Shown here piece by piece: positions 45,785 to 45,962 of a stretch of 45,962 bases of DNA; the stretch's first letter is position 1; every line of letters starts with the position of its first letter. Made by a program: the position numbers and the translations under genes. The notes under the pieces are model-generated. The model was not told the DNA's origin. It made no database searches and worked only from the letters and a program-made list of their open reading frames with translations. Location: assembly GCF_004010195.1 (NCBI RefSeq), contig NC_057720.1:9757178-9803139 (forward strand). Direction: 5' to 3'. The DNA comes from Chiloscyllium plagiosum. Its lineage: Eukaryota.

Positions 45785-45962
45785 GGAGAAAGTGAGGACT
45801 GCAGATGCTGGAGATCAGAGCTGAAAAATGTGTTGCTGGAAAAGCGCAGCAGGTCAGGCAGCATCCAAGGAGCAGGAGAATCGATGTTTCGGGCATAAGC
45901 CCATCTTCAGGAATGAGAAGGGTGTGCCAAGCAGGCTAAGATAAAAGGTAGAGAGGAGGGAC
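45785..45962 (-). mobile_element. Neptune-type PLE 3' end (runs off the window)
   Basis: Near reverse complement of 28512-28690, including CTGAAGATGGGCTTATGCCCGAAACATCG. Confidence 0.85.

Overview
Repeat-rich vertebrate genomic DNA, most likely from a cartilaginous fish (shark), judged from HE1-type V-SINEs, Deu-domain SINEs and the CR1/Penelope content. The window lies inside a plus-strand adhesion-GPCR gene that I recognise as ADGRL4/ELTD1. Two clean coding exons are present: a calcium-binding EGF exon (33761-33913) and the CHLxxxC...IN.TL exon (42385-42455). The first ~33.7 kb appears to be one long intron. Between the two exons lies a decayed additional cbEGF exon (38637-38801) that has lost both splice sites and 2 of 6 cysteines, apparently a fossil of the three-EGF form. 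The rest is mostly transposon debris: CR1-type LINEs, several tRNA-derived SINE families and TA-flanked ~219-bp MITEs. There are also many Penelope-like (PLE) insertions of about four families; they carry minimal type-I hammerhead ribozyme motifs, mostly have 11-17 bp target-site duplications, and are often folded into inverted-repeat mini-elements. Family assignments come from recalled consensus sequences, not from a database search, and most repeat boundaries are approximate.
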